64,000 bases of DNA, from the NCBI GenBank assembly GCA_963824565.1, contig CAWGQB010000028.1, positions 66,111 through 130,110 on the forward strand. Reading direction: 5' to 3'. This DNA is from an uncultured Pseudomonadota bacterium. Its GTDB lineage: Bacteria > Desulfobacterota > Binatia > Binatales > Binataceae. The notes beneath the pieces are model-generated. The model worked only from the letters and a program-made list of their open reading frames with translations, was not told where the DNA came from and did no database searches. The translations under genes were made by a program, and so were the position numbers. The first letter of the stretch is position 1. Each line of letters opens with the position of its first letter. Shown piece by piece: positions 19,895 through 32,034 of the stretch.

Positions 19895-21247
19895 TCACCC
19901 CGCGGCGCACACTGCGGCGAGGCTTGAGATGGCTACGCCGCGGCGGCCTTGGCGGATGTCGTTGCGGTCGAAGCCGTTGGTGCAGTAGCCGATCGAGATA
20001 CCGGTTGCCGGGTCGCCCCAGCCGATTTGTCCGCCCGCGCCGCCGTGGCCAAACGTCGCCGGCGAGTTGGTCTTGCCGAAGCCGCGCAGATTTGCCAAGC
20101 CATCTCCGCCCGCAATTATCACTCCCAGTGCGCGATTGGGGGGCTGGCCGTATACCGGATCTACATAACCTTCGGTGCGCACCCGCCGCGCCTCGCGCAG
20201 CGTTTCCTCTTTCCAGATTTGGGTGCCGTCGTGAGCGCGTCCGCCGTTCAATAGCGCCTGGTAGAACAGCGCCAGGTCGGCGGCGGTGGTGACCGCGCCA
20301 CCACCCGGGACCCCGGCCTCGCGCACCGCGGGCGAATTGAAGGCAAGGATCGCGCTCTCGGTCACTTCGGTTACAGGCGGCACCGGAAATCCCATCTTGA
20401 TGTAATCTTCGGGCTTCAGCGCCTCGCCCACATAGACCAGATCCGCCACGCGCGCGCTTTGATCGCGCGGAATTCCGACCCGCAGATCGGGCAGGCCCAG
20501 GGGCCGGGCGACGCGGCGGCGCACGAACTCGCGAAAATCCATTCCGGCGAGCCGCTCGATGATCTCGGCGAGCACCCAGAAGCTCGAGGTCGGATGGTAG
20601 GTGTACTTGCTGCCAGGCTCCCATTGCAGCCGCCAGTTGGCGAAACATTTGAGCCGCTTGCTCCGATCGTGCCAGTCATTCGGTGCATAAGGGGCGTCGG
20701 GAAAACCCGCGGTGTGGATCAGCAACTGCTCCACGGTGACCACGTCTTTGCCGTTAGTGCCGAACTCGGGGACGTATTCCACCACCCGCTTGGCGAGGTC
20801 GAGTTTTCCTTCTTCGAGCAGCAGCCATGCCGCCGATGCCACGATTGCCTTGGTGCACGAAAACGCCACGTACAGGGTCTGGTCGACGGCGGGTTTCTCG
20901 ACTCCGCCCTGCACCGCGCGGCCAAAGGTGCGCATCGCACCGATTTTTCCCTTGCGCGCGATAGCGATTTGGCACGAAGGCAAAAGCCCCTCATTTATTT
21001 CCCGTTGCGCGCGGTCGAATAACGCCTGGACTTTGACTGGATCAAGTCCAACTTCTCCCGGTCCCTGTGCGAAAAAATGTGCAGCTGGCATATCCACTCC
21101 ACCTTGTTGCTGCCGCCCAAATCCTGGGTGCGGTGCCTTCAACCCCCCTAAGCGCGGCGTCTGTCTGTTTGATTCTTTAGTCGATGTAATGGCGCTTGTC
21201 ACCCTGCCGCTGCGGCTGGCGGGGCGCGTCGGTGCCCGGCCGTTCAT
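19895..21247 (-). CDS. beta-lactamase-fold serine hydrolase (class C / esterase family)
   Basis: 450-aa ORF. SxxK motif FSCTKAI. A likelier start is the ATG at 21091 (MPAAHFF...). Confidence 0.8.
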   Translation of the reverse strand: MNGRAPTRPASRSGRVTSAITSTKESNRQTPRLGGLKAPHPGFGRQQQGGVDMPAAHFFAQGPGEVGLDPVKVQALFDRAQREINEGLLPSCQIAIARKGKIGAMRTFGRAVQGGVEKPAVDQTLYVAFSCTKAIVASAAWLLLEEGKLDLAKRVVEYVPEFGTNGKDVVTVEQLLIHTAGFPDAPYAPNDWHDRSKRLKCFANWRLQWEPGSKYTYHPTSSFWVLAEIIERLAGMDFREFVRRRVARPLGLPDLRVGIPRDQSARVADLVYVGEALKPEDYIKMGFPVPPVTEVTESAILAFNSPAVREAGVPGGGAVTTAADLALFYQALLNGGRAHDGTQIWKEETLREARRVRTEGYVDPVYGQPPNRALGVIIAGGDGLANLRGFGKTNSPATFGHGGAGGQIGWGDPATGISIGYCTNGFDRNDIRQGRRGVAISSLAAVCAAG

Positions 21248-21409
21248 CGAACGGCCATCTGCTACATGATATCACGCCCATCGCCGTCTGCATTGCAGGA
21301 TGAAACAGGGTTCTTTCTTTCACTATCGCGGACTGTTAGTAAAAGCAGGACGTACGCGGACCGCCTGCAAATTGGGGGCAGACTGGCAGCGGTCCCGCTC
21401 CAGGTGACA

Positions 21410-23081
21410 ATGAGCCGGATCTGGAAGCCCAATCTATTTATTATCGGTCTATCGGTGTGGCTGCTGGAAGTAATCGCAGCGGCGCCGGCGGCTGCGTTGG
21501 TCGCAAAGCATGGGATGATCGCAGCGGAGCATCCGCTGGCCGCCGACGCCGGCGTAAAGATTCTCAAGGCTGGCGGCAACGCGGTGGACGCGGCAGTCGC
21601 CACCGCACTGGCGGTGGGAGTGGTCAACGCCTCCTCCTGCGGGATCGGCGGCGGCGGGTTCATGCTGATCTACATGGCGAAAACGCGCAAGGTTTACGCC
21701 CTGGACTTTCGGGAAAAGGCCCCTTTGGAGGTCAAGCCGTCGCTCTATCTGCGCGATGGCAAGCCGGATGAGAAATTGTTGCGCAGCGGTCCGCTCGCCG
21801 TAGCGGTGCCCGGCGAAGTCGCGGGCCTTGGGACGGCGCTCAAACGCTTCGGTACGATGAGCTTTTCCCAAGCCGCTCAGCCCGCGATTGGACTGGCGCG
21901 CAACGGCTTCCCCTGCGGTCCGCACCTGGCGATGGAGATCTCGCGAACCGCTCCATCTCTGGCACAGGATAATGGCCTCAAGGCCGTGTTCCTGCATCCC
22001 GACGGCAGCCCGCGTAAGGAGGGCGAGACCATAACGCAGACCGACTTGGCCGCGACCCTGCAAGCGCTCGGCGATCGTCCGGTTGAAAACTTTTATCACG
22101 GTGAAATCGCGACCAAACTTGCAGACTTCGTAAAGAGCAAGGGCGGCGTGCTCAGCACCGGCGACCTCGCTGCTTATCGCGCGTTGTGGCGCGAACCCGT
22201 GAAGGGTGATTACCGCGAGTATCGGATCTACTCGATGCCGCCGCCGTCGGCCGGAGGCGGCATGCTGCTCGAAGCGCTCGACATTCTGGAACCTGGCAAG
22301 ACCCCCGCGCTCGGACTGAATTCGCCGCCCTACCTGGCGCGGCTGATTGAAACGATGCGCCAGATCTTCGTCGATCGCGCGATTTATTACGGCGATCCCG
22401 ACTTCGTCCACGTGCCGATCGGATTCCTGCTTTCCCCCGAGCGAATCGAAGAGATCCGCCGCAAGGCCTTCGGAACGGTCAGTCCCCCGACGGAAGCCCC
22501 GCGCGACCACGGCACCTCGCATCTGTGCGTGATTGATCACGAAGGCAATATTGTTTCGCTCACCACGACCATCAATACGGCGTTCGGAGCCAAGATGATG
22601 GTTCCCGGGACGGGTATCATCCTGAACAACGAGATGGATGACTTCGCGCTCGCGCCAGAGATTGCCAATGTTTATGGATTGAAGGGCGCCGGGCCGAATT
22701 CGATCGCTCCGGGCAAGCGTCCGCTTTCCAGCATGACCCCGACTATCGTGCTTAAAGATGGCTCACCGATGCTGACCCTGGGCGGTTCCGGCGGACCGAC
22801 GATCACCACGGCGACTTTGCAGGTGTTGCTCAACGTGGTCGATTTTCATCTCGATCCCGAGCACGCCATCCGATCACCGCGAATTCATGATCAGGACTTC
22901 CCCAAGACGGTTTTCGCCGAAGCGGCGCTGCCAGTGGCGGATCGCGATGCGTTGACCGAGATGGGCTTTCAGGTCAAGACCGTGCCCGATCTGGGCGACG
23001 AAGAGGCGATCGAGATAACCGCGGACGGATACGATGGCGCCGCCGGATCCGCGCAAAGGTGGCGCGGCCCTCGGCTATTAG
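21410..23081 (+). CDS. ggt: gamma-glutamyltranspeptidase; last 12 codons displaced by a +1 insertion at 23045-46
   Basis: ORF 21266..23164. Likely start at 21410 (MSRIWKPNLFIIGLSVWLL signal/anchor). Nucleophile context DHGTSHLCVID, GGSGGPTI. The canonical end ADPRKGGAALGY* (stop 23079-81) is only readable after removing one g; as written, the ORF reads through to 23164. Confidence 0.9.
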
Positions 23082-23173
23082 TCAATTATTCTGCTCTCCT
23101 TACTCTGGTGACCCACGAGAGAAGCCAGGGGGCTGCCGCATCTCCCGGTCTTCCGATACACTGACGATTCGAT

Positions 23174-24927
23174 ATGACCGCGCGCGGCGCTAATCTCGCG
23201 GATCCTTCCGCTTCGTTCACCAGCGCAGAGGGTGTTCCAGCTCCGATGCGGCGCCGGACTGACTTGATGGAATGCGCGGCGCTGGGTGCGATCGCGCTGG
23301 CGGTGTTCTTCTTCCATCTGGGGAGCTACGGACTGTGGGAGCCCGATGAAGCACGCTACGCGGAGATCGCCCGCGAGATGCTGAGCACCGGCAACTTCAT
23401 CCTTCCCCACCTCGATTACGTCCTTTATGTCGAAAAGCCTCCATTGCTCTATTGGACGACCTCGCTGGCGTTCCATTTTCTGGGAACCAACGAATTCGCG
23501 GCGCGGCTGGTCCCCGCTCTCAGCGCGCTGGCAGGCGTGGCCGCGACCTACTGGTTCGGGCGGCGGGTATTCGACCATCGCCGCGCAATCCTTGCCGCGG
23601 CGATTCTTACGGTCTGTCCGCTGTACGCCACGATGGCCCAGGTGTTGACCACCGATATGCTGCTGACCGCGTTGATCTCGGTGGCCTTTTTCGCCTGCTT
23701 TCTCCAATGGCGCGAAGGTGGTGGCCGATGGTGGCTCGCCGCTTACGTGGCCGCGGCTTTCGCGGTGTTGACCAAGGGTCCGGTGGGAGTCGTGCTACCG
23801 GGCCTGGCGGCGTGCTGTTTTTGTGGCGGCAGGGAGATTTGCGCAATGGGACTGCGCAAGCTGCATCCGCTCGCCGGTTTACTGGTGGTGGTCGCGCTGG
23901 CGCTTCCGTGGTTCGCGATCATGATGGTGTGAGTCCCGGGTTTTTTTCACTTCTATATTATCGGCGAACATTTCCGGCGCGCCTTCGTCTCCACCTACAG
24001 CCATGGCGAGCCGTTGTTACTTCTATCTGCCGGTAATCCTGCTGGGTTTGGCGCCCTGGTCAATCTGCTTTCCTTTGTTGGTGAGTGAGGGAACGCGTGG
24101 GCCGGCACGATCCTTTTGCGCAATCACGGCGGCAACCGTGCTGGTACTATTCTCGGTGGCTAGCGCCAAGTTGATCCCTTATATCCTTCCCGCGTTGCCC
24201 CCATTGGCGCTGCTGCTGGCGGACTCCATCCGGTCTGCGTTAAGCAATCATGGGGCGCAACGCGCGGGTCTGGCGCGTCAACAGCCGAGCGATTGTGGCG
24301 TCAATCGGCCCGGCGCTGTGTGTTGGCGGTATCGGATGTATCGTCGTGGCTACGGGCGCTTCACACTTTGACAACCGCGACGTAACGATGGTTAGCGGCG
24401 TCATCCTCGCGACCGGGGCGATAATCCTGGTGGGTGGTGCGGCGGTATCGGCCGCCTTTGTCCGCGGCCGCTCCGAAGCCGGCCTGAGACTGGTGGTAAT
24501 TACCGTGGCGGCGGCGTTGATTGCCGGCACTTATGGCCGCATCAAGGTGGAGTCGCTGCATTCATATGCGCCATTGGGCAGGGAATTGGCGCTGAAAGCG
24601 CCCGACGCAACGCTTATCGACTACCATCGGTATCCCCAGGCGATTCCGTTCTACACCCATCGGCGAGTCCTGGTAGCGGGCCCCTTCCTTAGCGAGTTGA
24701 GCTTTGGCGCGTCGCACAGCCCGGACTTCAATCGCTACTTCCTATACACGGATGAGGCATTGCTCAGCTATTGGGCCAAAGACCCCTCCGCGGTGTTGAT
24801 TATCGACGAGGCCGATCTCCGGCGTTTGGCGGCAAAACTGGGACCGGTCAGGGTAATCGCCAGCCAGGGGCATAAGCGGGCGGTGACCAAGGTACCCCCA
24901 TCCTCCGGGCCCCGAGAGCCCGCCTGA
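23174..24927 (+). pseudogene. ArnT/PMT-like (GT39/GT83) glycosyltransferase, copy 2, 3-4 frameshifts
   Basis: LWEPDEARYAEIAREMLSTGNFILPHLDYVLYVEKPPLLYW (ORF 23174..23932). Then PGFFHFYIIGEHFRRAF..., YFYLPVILLGLAPWS... (24003..24371) and the C-terminus in 24250..24927. Paralogous to the gene at 4902..6650. Confidence 0.8.
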
Positions 24928-24930
24928 TAT

Positions 24931-26069
24931 ATGCCGGCTGCACAACCCAGAGGTACCTCGATGCCGCCGGTTCCGCGCCGCAGTGCCTGCCGCGCTCGCC
25001 GCGCGATTGGCAGCTATGTTCTGAGAGCGGTGCTCGGAATCGGGATTCTGAGCCTGGTGTTGAGCCGGCTCAATTTCCGCCAGTTGTTGGATTTGCTGAC
25101 TCGCGAACGCCCGGCCTATTTTCTGGCCGCGACTTTGATTTACGTAGGCGGCCAGATGGTCGCGGCTTGCCGTTGGAGGCTGCTGGCGCGGATGGTCGGT
25201 ATCGGGGGCCGATACCTGGAATATCTGCTCTACTTCTTCATCGGTGCGTTCACCAATTTGTTCGTTCCAGGGGCTGGTGGGCGGAGATGCCGCCCGCGCC
25301 CTTTATCTGGGCCGGCGCCATCACGAGATGGGCAAGGCGGTCGCATCGGTAATCGCGGACCGCGGTTTTGGACTGCTGGTACTGATCTGGCTTTCATCAG
25401 TTACGGTCGCCCTTCTTGGGCGGGGTATTTTCCCTCGCGCGGTTACCACGCCGATATTCTTGATCGGCGCTGATCAGCAGCGGTTGGATACATCCTGATG
25501 CCGGCGCTCATTCGCGCTGAAACGGATCCTGCCGCGGCGTCTCGCGGCTACGATTGACGTCCTTTCGCCGTATCTGAATGGACGCATCGCCCTCATCCCC
25601 GCACTCGCACTTTCGTTATTTCTTCACTTGATGCAGGTCGCTGCCCAATATGTTCTGGGAATCGGCCTCGGCTTGAATATCCCTTTGTGGCTATTCCTTT
25701 TGTGCGTTCCCACGACCAACACCCTGGCCTCGGTCCCGCTGACCTTCAATGGCCTCGGCGTGCGCGAGGGCATCTACGTGGTGCTGTTTCGGGATGGCCG
25801 GGGTGGCCAGGGCTGACGCCGCTGCGCTGGGACTGTTGTGGTTTGCGATTACGACTTTTGCCGGCCTTTGCGCGTCAGCAGCGTTTATTGCAGCCCCGAC
25901 GCCGGTTGAACGCCAGAATCCGGTCGAAGAGAATGCTTCCGACCGCAATCCGAACCCGATAGCATCAGGCACAATATTCTCACCGCGAAATGGAGTTTTG
26001 GCGGTAACCTTGCCTTATCAAAAAGCAGTTTGTATATTCTGGACTAACCAAGCGGACAGGATGATGTGA
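24931..26069 (+). pseudogene. LPG-synthase-TM family membrane protein (HpnL-like), 4-5 frameshifts
   Basis: WRLLARMVGIGGRYLEYLLYFFIGAFTNLFVPG / LVGGDAARALYLGRRH...ADRGFGLLVL / LFLHLMQVAAQYVLG...PLTFNGLGVREG / AAALGLLWFAITTF are spread over ORFs 24931.., 25244.., 25628.. and 25749.. . Sits directly upstream of hpnJ/hpnI. Confidence 0.65.
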
Positions 26070-26080
26070 GGGGTCGCTGA

Positions 26081-27521
26081 ATGGACGTAATGAAAACATT
26101 GTTTCTCAACCCACCTTCCTATGAAGATTTCGATGGCGGCGCGGGTTCGCGCTACCAGGCGACGCGCGAGGTGTGGTCATTCTGGTACCCGACGTGGCTG
26201 GCGTATCCTGCGGGGATGATTCCCGGCGCCCGCCTTTTGGATGCTCCGCCGCACAATTACACTCTCGCGCAGACGGTGGAGGAAGCCAAAAATTATGACT
26301 TCGCGGTGATCCATACCTCGACTCCGTCGCTGCGCATGGACAGCCGGACAGCCGAGGCAATCAAGGCCGCGAATCCCGATATCAAGATTGCTTTCGTGGG
26401 CGGTCATCCGACGGCGGCGCCTGAAGAAACGCTCAAGATCTCCAGCGCGATCGATATCGCCGGGCGCAAGGAATTCGACCAATCGATGGTCGAAGTGGCG
26501 CAGGGCGATGGATTGGAGCAAAATCGGCGGAATCAGCTATCGCAAAAACGGGGTGATCAGCCACAATCCCGACCGGCCGGTGATGACCGGCGAGGAACTC
26601 GACCGGCTTCCGTTTGTAACCGAAGTTTACGAGCGCAATCTCGACTACCTGCGCTACAACAGTCCGTACTGCCAGTATCCCTACGTGTCGATTTACACTG
26701 GCCGCGGATGCCCGGCGAAGTGCACCTTTTGCCTGTGGCCGCAAGTGACGCAGGGACACAGCTATCGCACCCGCAGCCCCGAGAACGTGTTTGAAGAAGT
26801 ATCGGCGATGAAGGCGAAATTTCCCAAGATGAAGGAAATCTTCTTCGACGACGATACCTTTACCGCCGACCCGGCGCGGGCGCGCAAGATCGCGCAATTG
26901 CTCAAGCCGCTGGGGGTGACCTGGTCCACCAATTCGCGCGCCAACGTCGATTTCGAGACCCTCAAGGTTCTCAAGGAAGGCGGTTTGCGGCTGTTCGTGG
27001 TGGGCTATGAGAGCGGCAACGCGCAGATCCTGAAGAACATCAAAAAAGGTGTCGGACTGGATCGGGCGCGGCGCTTCACCCAGGACTGCCACAAGCTCGG
27101 GATCCTGATTCACGGCACCTTCATCCTGGGACTGCCGGGCGAAAGCAAAGAAACGATCCAGGAGTCAATGCGCTTCGCGCGCGAGATGGATTGCGAAACC
27201 ATCCAGGTATCGCTCGCGTCGCCCTATCCGGGAACCGAGTTGTTCCGGCAGGTTACCGAACAGGGCTACCTGGCGGTCGATCCGTTGCTCGACGAATCGG
27301 GTTATCAGCGATGCACGGTGAAATATCCGGGACTCACGGCGGACGAGATTTATGGCTCGGTCGAGCGCTTCTACCGCAGTTTCTATTTTCGGCCCAAGTA
27401 CATCTTCAAGTCGCTGCGTAAGATGGCGACGTCAAGTGAGGAATGTAAGCGGCTGCTGAAAGAAGGGATGCAGTTCATCTCGACGATGCGCCAACGACGG
27501 GCGCAGGCCGCTTCGGTTTGA
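26081..27521 (+). pseudogene. hpnJ: B12-binding radical SAM protein, HpnJ-like, one frameshift near 26.50 kb
   Basis: N-terminal domain MKTLFLNPPSYEDFDGGAGSRYQATREVWSFWYP... (ORF 26081..26794), joined to DWSKIGGISYRKNG...YTGRGCPAKCTFCLW (CxxxCxxC) in ORF 26388..27521. Confidence 0.8.
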
Positions 27522-27579
27522 AGACGGAGACCGGGTGCGCGGAGCATGCAGACTCCGCCGCTGGCAAAAGGTCGCTAAG

Positions 27580-28869
27580 ATGGCGTCTGACGCGCAGGTG
27601 ACCTCCGTGAACATTGTCAGCAGTGTGGCGCTGGCCGGAATTGGCATTTCAGTCGTTTACTATGCCGCCACGATACTCGCCGGATGGCGCTTCAATCGGC
27701 GCGCGTCGGCTAGCCCGCCACCGCTGCCGAAGATCGCGCCGCGGGTGGCTCTGCTCAAACCCCTTCACGGAATCAGCGACAGTCTGGCGGACAATCTCCT
27801 GAGCTTCATGGAGGTGGATTATCCGCGCAAGGAATATCTGTTCGGCGTTTCCAGCTACGAAGACCCGGCGGCGGAGATTCCGCTGGCGCTCAAGCCGCGT
27901 TACCAGTCCGCGCAAATCAGCCTGACGGTCGGCCAGGATCCTAGCGCCGGAAACCGCAAGGTTGGCACCCTGATCAAGATGGTGCCGCGCGCATCACGGC
28001 CCGACGTGTTCGTGCTCAGTGACGCGGACATCGCGGTCGAGCGCGACTACCTGCGCCGGATCGTGGGCGAGCTATACGCCGACGAAAAAATCGGGCTGGT
28101 AACCTGCGCATACCGCTCCCGGCCGCATCAGCCCGATCTCGGGGCGCGGCTGGAAGCGCTCTACGTCAATACCGATTTCATGCCGATGGCAGTTCTGGCG
28201 GACTCTTTTGAGCCGCTGCACTATGCGTTCGGCGCCACCATCGCCATCAAGAGCAAAGTGCTGGAAGAAATCGGCGGCTTCGAATCGATCAAGGACCTGC
28301 TGGCCGACGACTTCCATCTCGGCAAGCGTGCGGTCGAACGTGGTTATCGGATAGCCCTCTCCCGCGCCTTGGTAACGATTGTGCCGGGCGAGCGCACGTT
28401 CAGCGACTTCTGGCACCATCAACTGCGCTGGGCGCGGACCTATCGCACCGTCCGTCCGGTAAGCGTGGGTACGATCCTGACGCACGGACCATTCTGGGCC
28501 CTGATACTGATGGTCGCCTCGGGCTTCAGCGCAGCTTCCGTCGCGATTGCGGCGGCGGCTGTGACGGTACGGCTCGCGATGGGCGTACTGATGATTCGCG
28601 GCGTCGCAAAGCTCCCCCTAAGCCTCTCGGACCTGGGCCTGTTGTTGGTCAAGGATTTCTGCATCACAGGCATCTGGTTTGCCAGCCTACTGGGCAGGAC
28701 CGTGCGCTGGGGCGACCGTCACTTCAAGATCGGTGCTGGCGGCAGCCTCGAGGAAATCAAAAAGGGAACGGAGCTTCGCATTCCCGATAAGCCGGCACCG
28801 CAGCCTTCTCCGCAAATGGCGCCGCCCAAGGTAGCGCCTTCAGCCATGGCGCCCCCTGAGCGCGGCTAA
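27580..28869 (+). CDS. hpnI: GT2/GT21 glycosyltransferase, HpnI-like
   Basis: ORF 27535..28869; likely ATG at 27580. LLKPLHG...DYPRKEYLFGV...VLSDADI...QLRWARTY matches ceramide-glucosyltransferase-like HpnI. Proline-rich C-terminal tail. Confidence 0.75.
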   Translation: MASDAQVTSVNIVSSVALAGIGISVVYYAATILAGWRFNRRASASPPPLPKIAPRVALLKPLHGISDSLADNLLSFMEVDYPRKEYLFGVSSYEDPAAEIPLALKPRYQSAQISLTVGQDPSAGNRKVGTLIKMVPRASRPDVFVLSDADIAVERDYLRRIVGELYADEKIGLVTCAYRSRPHQPDLGARLEALYVNTDFMPMAVLADSFEPLHYAFGATIAIKSKVLEEIGGFESIKDLLADDFHLGKRAVERGYRIALSRALVTIVPGERTFSDFWHHQLRWARTYRTVRPVSVGTILTHGPFWALILMVASGFSAASVAIAAAAVTVRLAMGVLMIRGVAKLPLSLSDLGLLLVKDFCITGIWFASLLGRTVRWGDRHFKIGAGGSLEEIKKGTELRIPDKPAPQPSPQMAPPKVAPSAMAPPERG

Positions 28870-28950
28870 GATAGTCGCTTCATTCTCGCGGCGCATCTCC
28901 CGACTTAAAGATGACGGCCGGAACTCGCGCTGAGCTCCGGCGTCACGCAC

Positions 28951-31532
28951 CTATTTAAGCCCCAAATCCGCCGGTGCGGATGCAATCTCGCGTTTCTTGA
29001 ATGCGACCGCTACGTGCAGCCGTTCCAGATGTTGATCGATGGTTTTGCCGCCCTGCTTGACTTTGTGCGTCTTGAAGAATTCGTCGACGTCGCTTTCCTG
29101 ATCGACCAGCGAGGTGATGCCGCCGCACATGCGCGGGAGCGCGTTTTCCGGGTACTGCGCGGCCATCTTCTCCCAGTTCTGCTTTAGGAACGCCCACGCC
29201 TCATAGCGGCATTCGGTGTTCATCAGCAGTTCCATCATCAGGTAGGGCGCGTTCTGAGTCCGCACCTCGCCGTTGAGCGTCATCTGCATGGTATCGCGCA
29301 GCAGTTCGGGACGCTGGAAATCCGCCAGCGCGTATAGATAGCGCTGCTCTTCCTGCGGAGTCTTCGCCGACTTAAACCGCTCCTTGAACTCGCGATAGTC
29401 AGCTTCGCTGCCGGTATAGGCGACGATTCCGATCAGCGCCGGAACCAGATTGTTGTCCACCGAACCCGGATTCTGCTTGTAGCGCGCGTAGAGCTCCCGG
29501 GCCCGCTTCTGCACTTGCGGGTCGTCACCCTGGACGCCGAGCGCCCCAATCAGGCTCCCGCGCAGTTGGCTTTGCAGTTCGCTTTCTCCGGGCTTGGGCT
29601 CCCATCCCAGGCGCTCCACCTCGGGAGTCACCAGCCTGCGGACCTCAGCGCGCAAGGCCGGGCGATGCGTCTCATCGACCACGTTGTCGAGGTAGCCGAA
29701 TCCGTTCAAAATCGCGCGCCAGACGTTAAGGTCGTTTTCGTTGCGGAACATCGCCGCCATCTTGAAGAAATCGCGCAGCGGAGCAAGACCGGCGACCACC
29801 GCGGCCCAGGTATCGCTCACCAGGCAAAAGCGCTCGATCGCGCTTCAACTGGTCCAGCGCCCCGGTGACGCCAGCCAACAGCTCCGAGCTGTAGCGCACG
29901 CGATAAAAGCCGTAGCCGCCTTGGTTCACCACCACCCATTTGACCGCGCCGGGGAGTTCAAGCGTGGTCTCGGCCGAGGTCAGCAGCAGCTTATGCTCGC
30001 TGATGCCCTTGTCGGTCGCCGCCTTGATCATCACCGGTACGTCCCATTGCTGCGAGTTCTTCTCGGCGCCGGGCATATAGAGGAAGCGGTTCTGGCTGAG
30101 CTTTATGGAATGGCCGTCGGAGCCTTTGGCGACGCTGATGATGGGAAAGCCGGGCTGGAAGATCCAGGTGTCCATCATCTTGTGGACCGGCTGATGGCTG
30201 GACTTTTCCAGCGCGTCCCAGAGATCGCCGGTTTCGGTGTTGGCGTATTCATGCTCGCGCAGGTACAGCGAGATGCCTTTGCGGAATTCTTCCGCGCCGA
30301 GGTACTGCTCGAGCATCCGCAGCACCGAAGCGCCCTTCTCGTAAGTCAGGACGTCGAACATCCCGCCCGCTTCCGCCGGCGAATTCACCGGGAATTCGAT
30401 CGAGCGGGTGCTGTTGAGCCCGTCGACCGCCATCGCCCCTCCGCGCGACAGCCCAAAGCTTACCCAGCGCTCCCATTGCGGCTTCCAGGCGTCGACCGCG
30501 AGCATCTCCATAAAGGTGGCGAAGGCTTCGTTAAGCCAAATCCCGTTCCACCACTTCATCGTCACCAGGTCGCCGAACCACATGTGGGCGTTCTCATGCG
30601 ACACCACGTCGGCGACGCGTTCCAACTCGGCGCGCGACGCGGTCTTTTGGTCCACCAGCAAGGCGGTTTCGCGAAACGTTATCGCGCCCAGGTTTTCCAT
30701 CGCGCCGGCCGCGAAGTCTGGAATCGCGATCAGGTCGAGCTTGTCGCCGGGATACTTGATGCCGTAGTAGTTGGCGAAAAATTTCAGCGAATAGGCGCCG
30801 ATTTCCAGGGCGTACGGCGTCAACGCTTCCTTGCCCGGCACATACCACACGCGCAGCGGGACGCCCCCGGCGTCGACCTGCGTCAGTGGCCTTGAACTCG
30901 CCGACCACGAACGCGAGCAGGTAAGTGGACATCTTGATCGTTTCGCGGAAGATTACTTCCTTCTTCCCGTCGCCCAGCGCGTGCTCGTGCTCGATTGCGG
31001 TGTTGGAAATCGCCGCCAGGTTCTGATCGATAACCAGGGTGACCTTGAAGCTCGCCTTGGCCGCGGGTTCATCCCAACATGGGATGGCGCGGCGGGCGTC
31101 GGTGGCCTCGAACTGGGTCGAGGCAACGATATGGGTCTGCCCCGCGGCGTCCTTGTACTGGCTGCGATAGAACCCATGCAGCTTGTCGTTAAGGATTCCG
31201 CGGAAGCGAATCTTGAGCGACCATTTGCCCGGTTTGAGCCTGGTGCCGAAGCTCAGGATTGCCCGCTCGGTCACCGCGTCCAATTCGGCCTTGCCGTTTA
31301 AGCTCTCGCCGTCGCGGCTGAGCGTCACCTCATCGATCTGGAGTTCCAGGGCGTTGAGCTGGATCTCTGCGACCGGTTCATGAATCTCGATCGCGATGGT
31401 TTCCTCACCCGCGAAGGTGAAGGTGCGCAAATCCGGCTCCAGCCGAATCTCGTAGCGCTGCGGCCTGACAGAAGCCGGTAGACGATAAACCTCGGCCGAA
31501 GTCTGCACATTGGCACTGTCGTAGTGGAACAT
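28951..31532 (-). pseudogene. pepN: M1-family aminopeptidase N, 2-3 frameshifts
   Basis: ATG at 31532 (MFHYDSANVQ...). GAMEN (FAAGAMENLG) and HENAHMWFGDLVTMKWWNGIWLNEAF (HExxH-x18-E) in ORF 29726..30850. ERAP1-like C-terminal domain in ORF 28951..29820. Junction LDQL-S-AIERFCLVSDTW is restored by removing one t at 29844-45. Confidence 0.9.
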
Positions 31533-31762
31533 CTCGCTCCTTCTCCTGACTGGCGACGTTGCGATTACCGGTCGGGCATCAAGCAGGGGGCCGAAATCCA
31601 TCGATAGCTCTTGCCAACGAATCTTCCTCTTTCGGCACCCCGCCAGGGCCGGCCTCCGGTACATTTTTATCCAAATGCGCGCCCCGGATGAAACTGCCGA
31701 CGATAGGTCGATCGCCGCAGCCACACGTCGCCGCACATGATGGTCGGAAATCCCAGCCGGTT

Positions 31763-32012
31763 TTACCACTTCAAGTCCGCATCGCCGGCGTTTCCAAACT
31801 CCGGCCATACCAATGCGTCGTCACCAGTGTCGGCAATGCATTTGACTGTCGGCCCATCCGGCGCGCGGATGGCGTTTTACCGGCCTCAGCACGATCCGCC
31901 CGTCATTGAGCGATAGGTCAAAGTCGTCGCCTGCCTGAACGCCGATTTGCGTGAGAATCGCTGTTGGGATAATGACGCCGGTGGAATTGCCCATCTTTCG
32001 CAAATGAAGCAC
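31763..32012 (-). pseudogene. AbrB/MazE/SpoVT-family antitoxin, C-terminus frameshifted
   Basis: MLHLRKMGNSTGVIIPTAILTQIGVQAGDDFDLSLNDGRIVLRPV...RAGWA (ORF 31821..32012). The family-typical tail ...KCIADTGDDALVWPEFGNAGDADLKW* is in a different frame, with its stop at 31763-65. Confidence 0.6.
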
Positions 32013-32034
32013 GCACTGTCAGCCTCCTCACGGA

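Noticed and set aside
19860-20648. 262-aa Arg/Pro/Gly-rich ORF overlapping the beta-lactamase-fold gene on the same strand.
   Set aside because: It is an alternate frame of a gene with a clear SxxK motif. Its composition is what stop-poor off-frames in GC-rich sequence produce.
21266-21409. N-terminal extension of ggt.
   Set aside because: The signal/anchor sequence starts at the Met at 21410, and the upstream residues show no GGT similarity. Start choice remains uncertain but does not affect the call.
25940-26080. Possible cobalamin riboswitch upstream of the B12-binding radical SAM gene hpnJ.
   Set aside because: No B12-box-like sequence or conserved stems are visible, and the region is the 3' end of the hpnL-like remnant.
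28917-28941. Imperfect hairpin (GCCGGAaCTC-GCGCT-GAGcTCCGGC) between convergent hpnI and pepN as a bidirectional terminator.
   Set aside because: The stem has a mismatch and there is no T-tract on either strand. Too weak to call.
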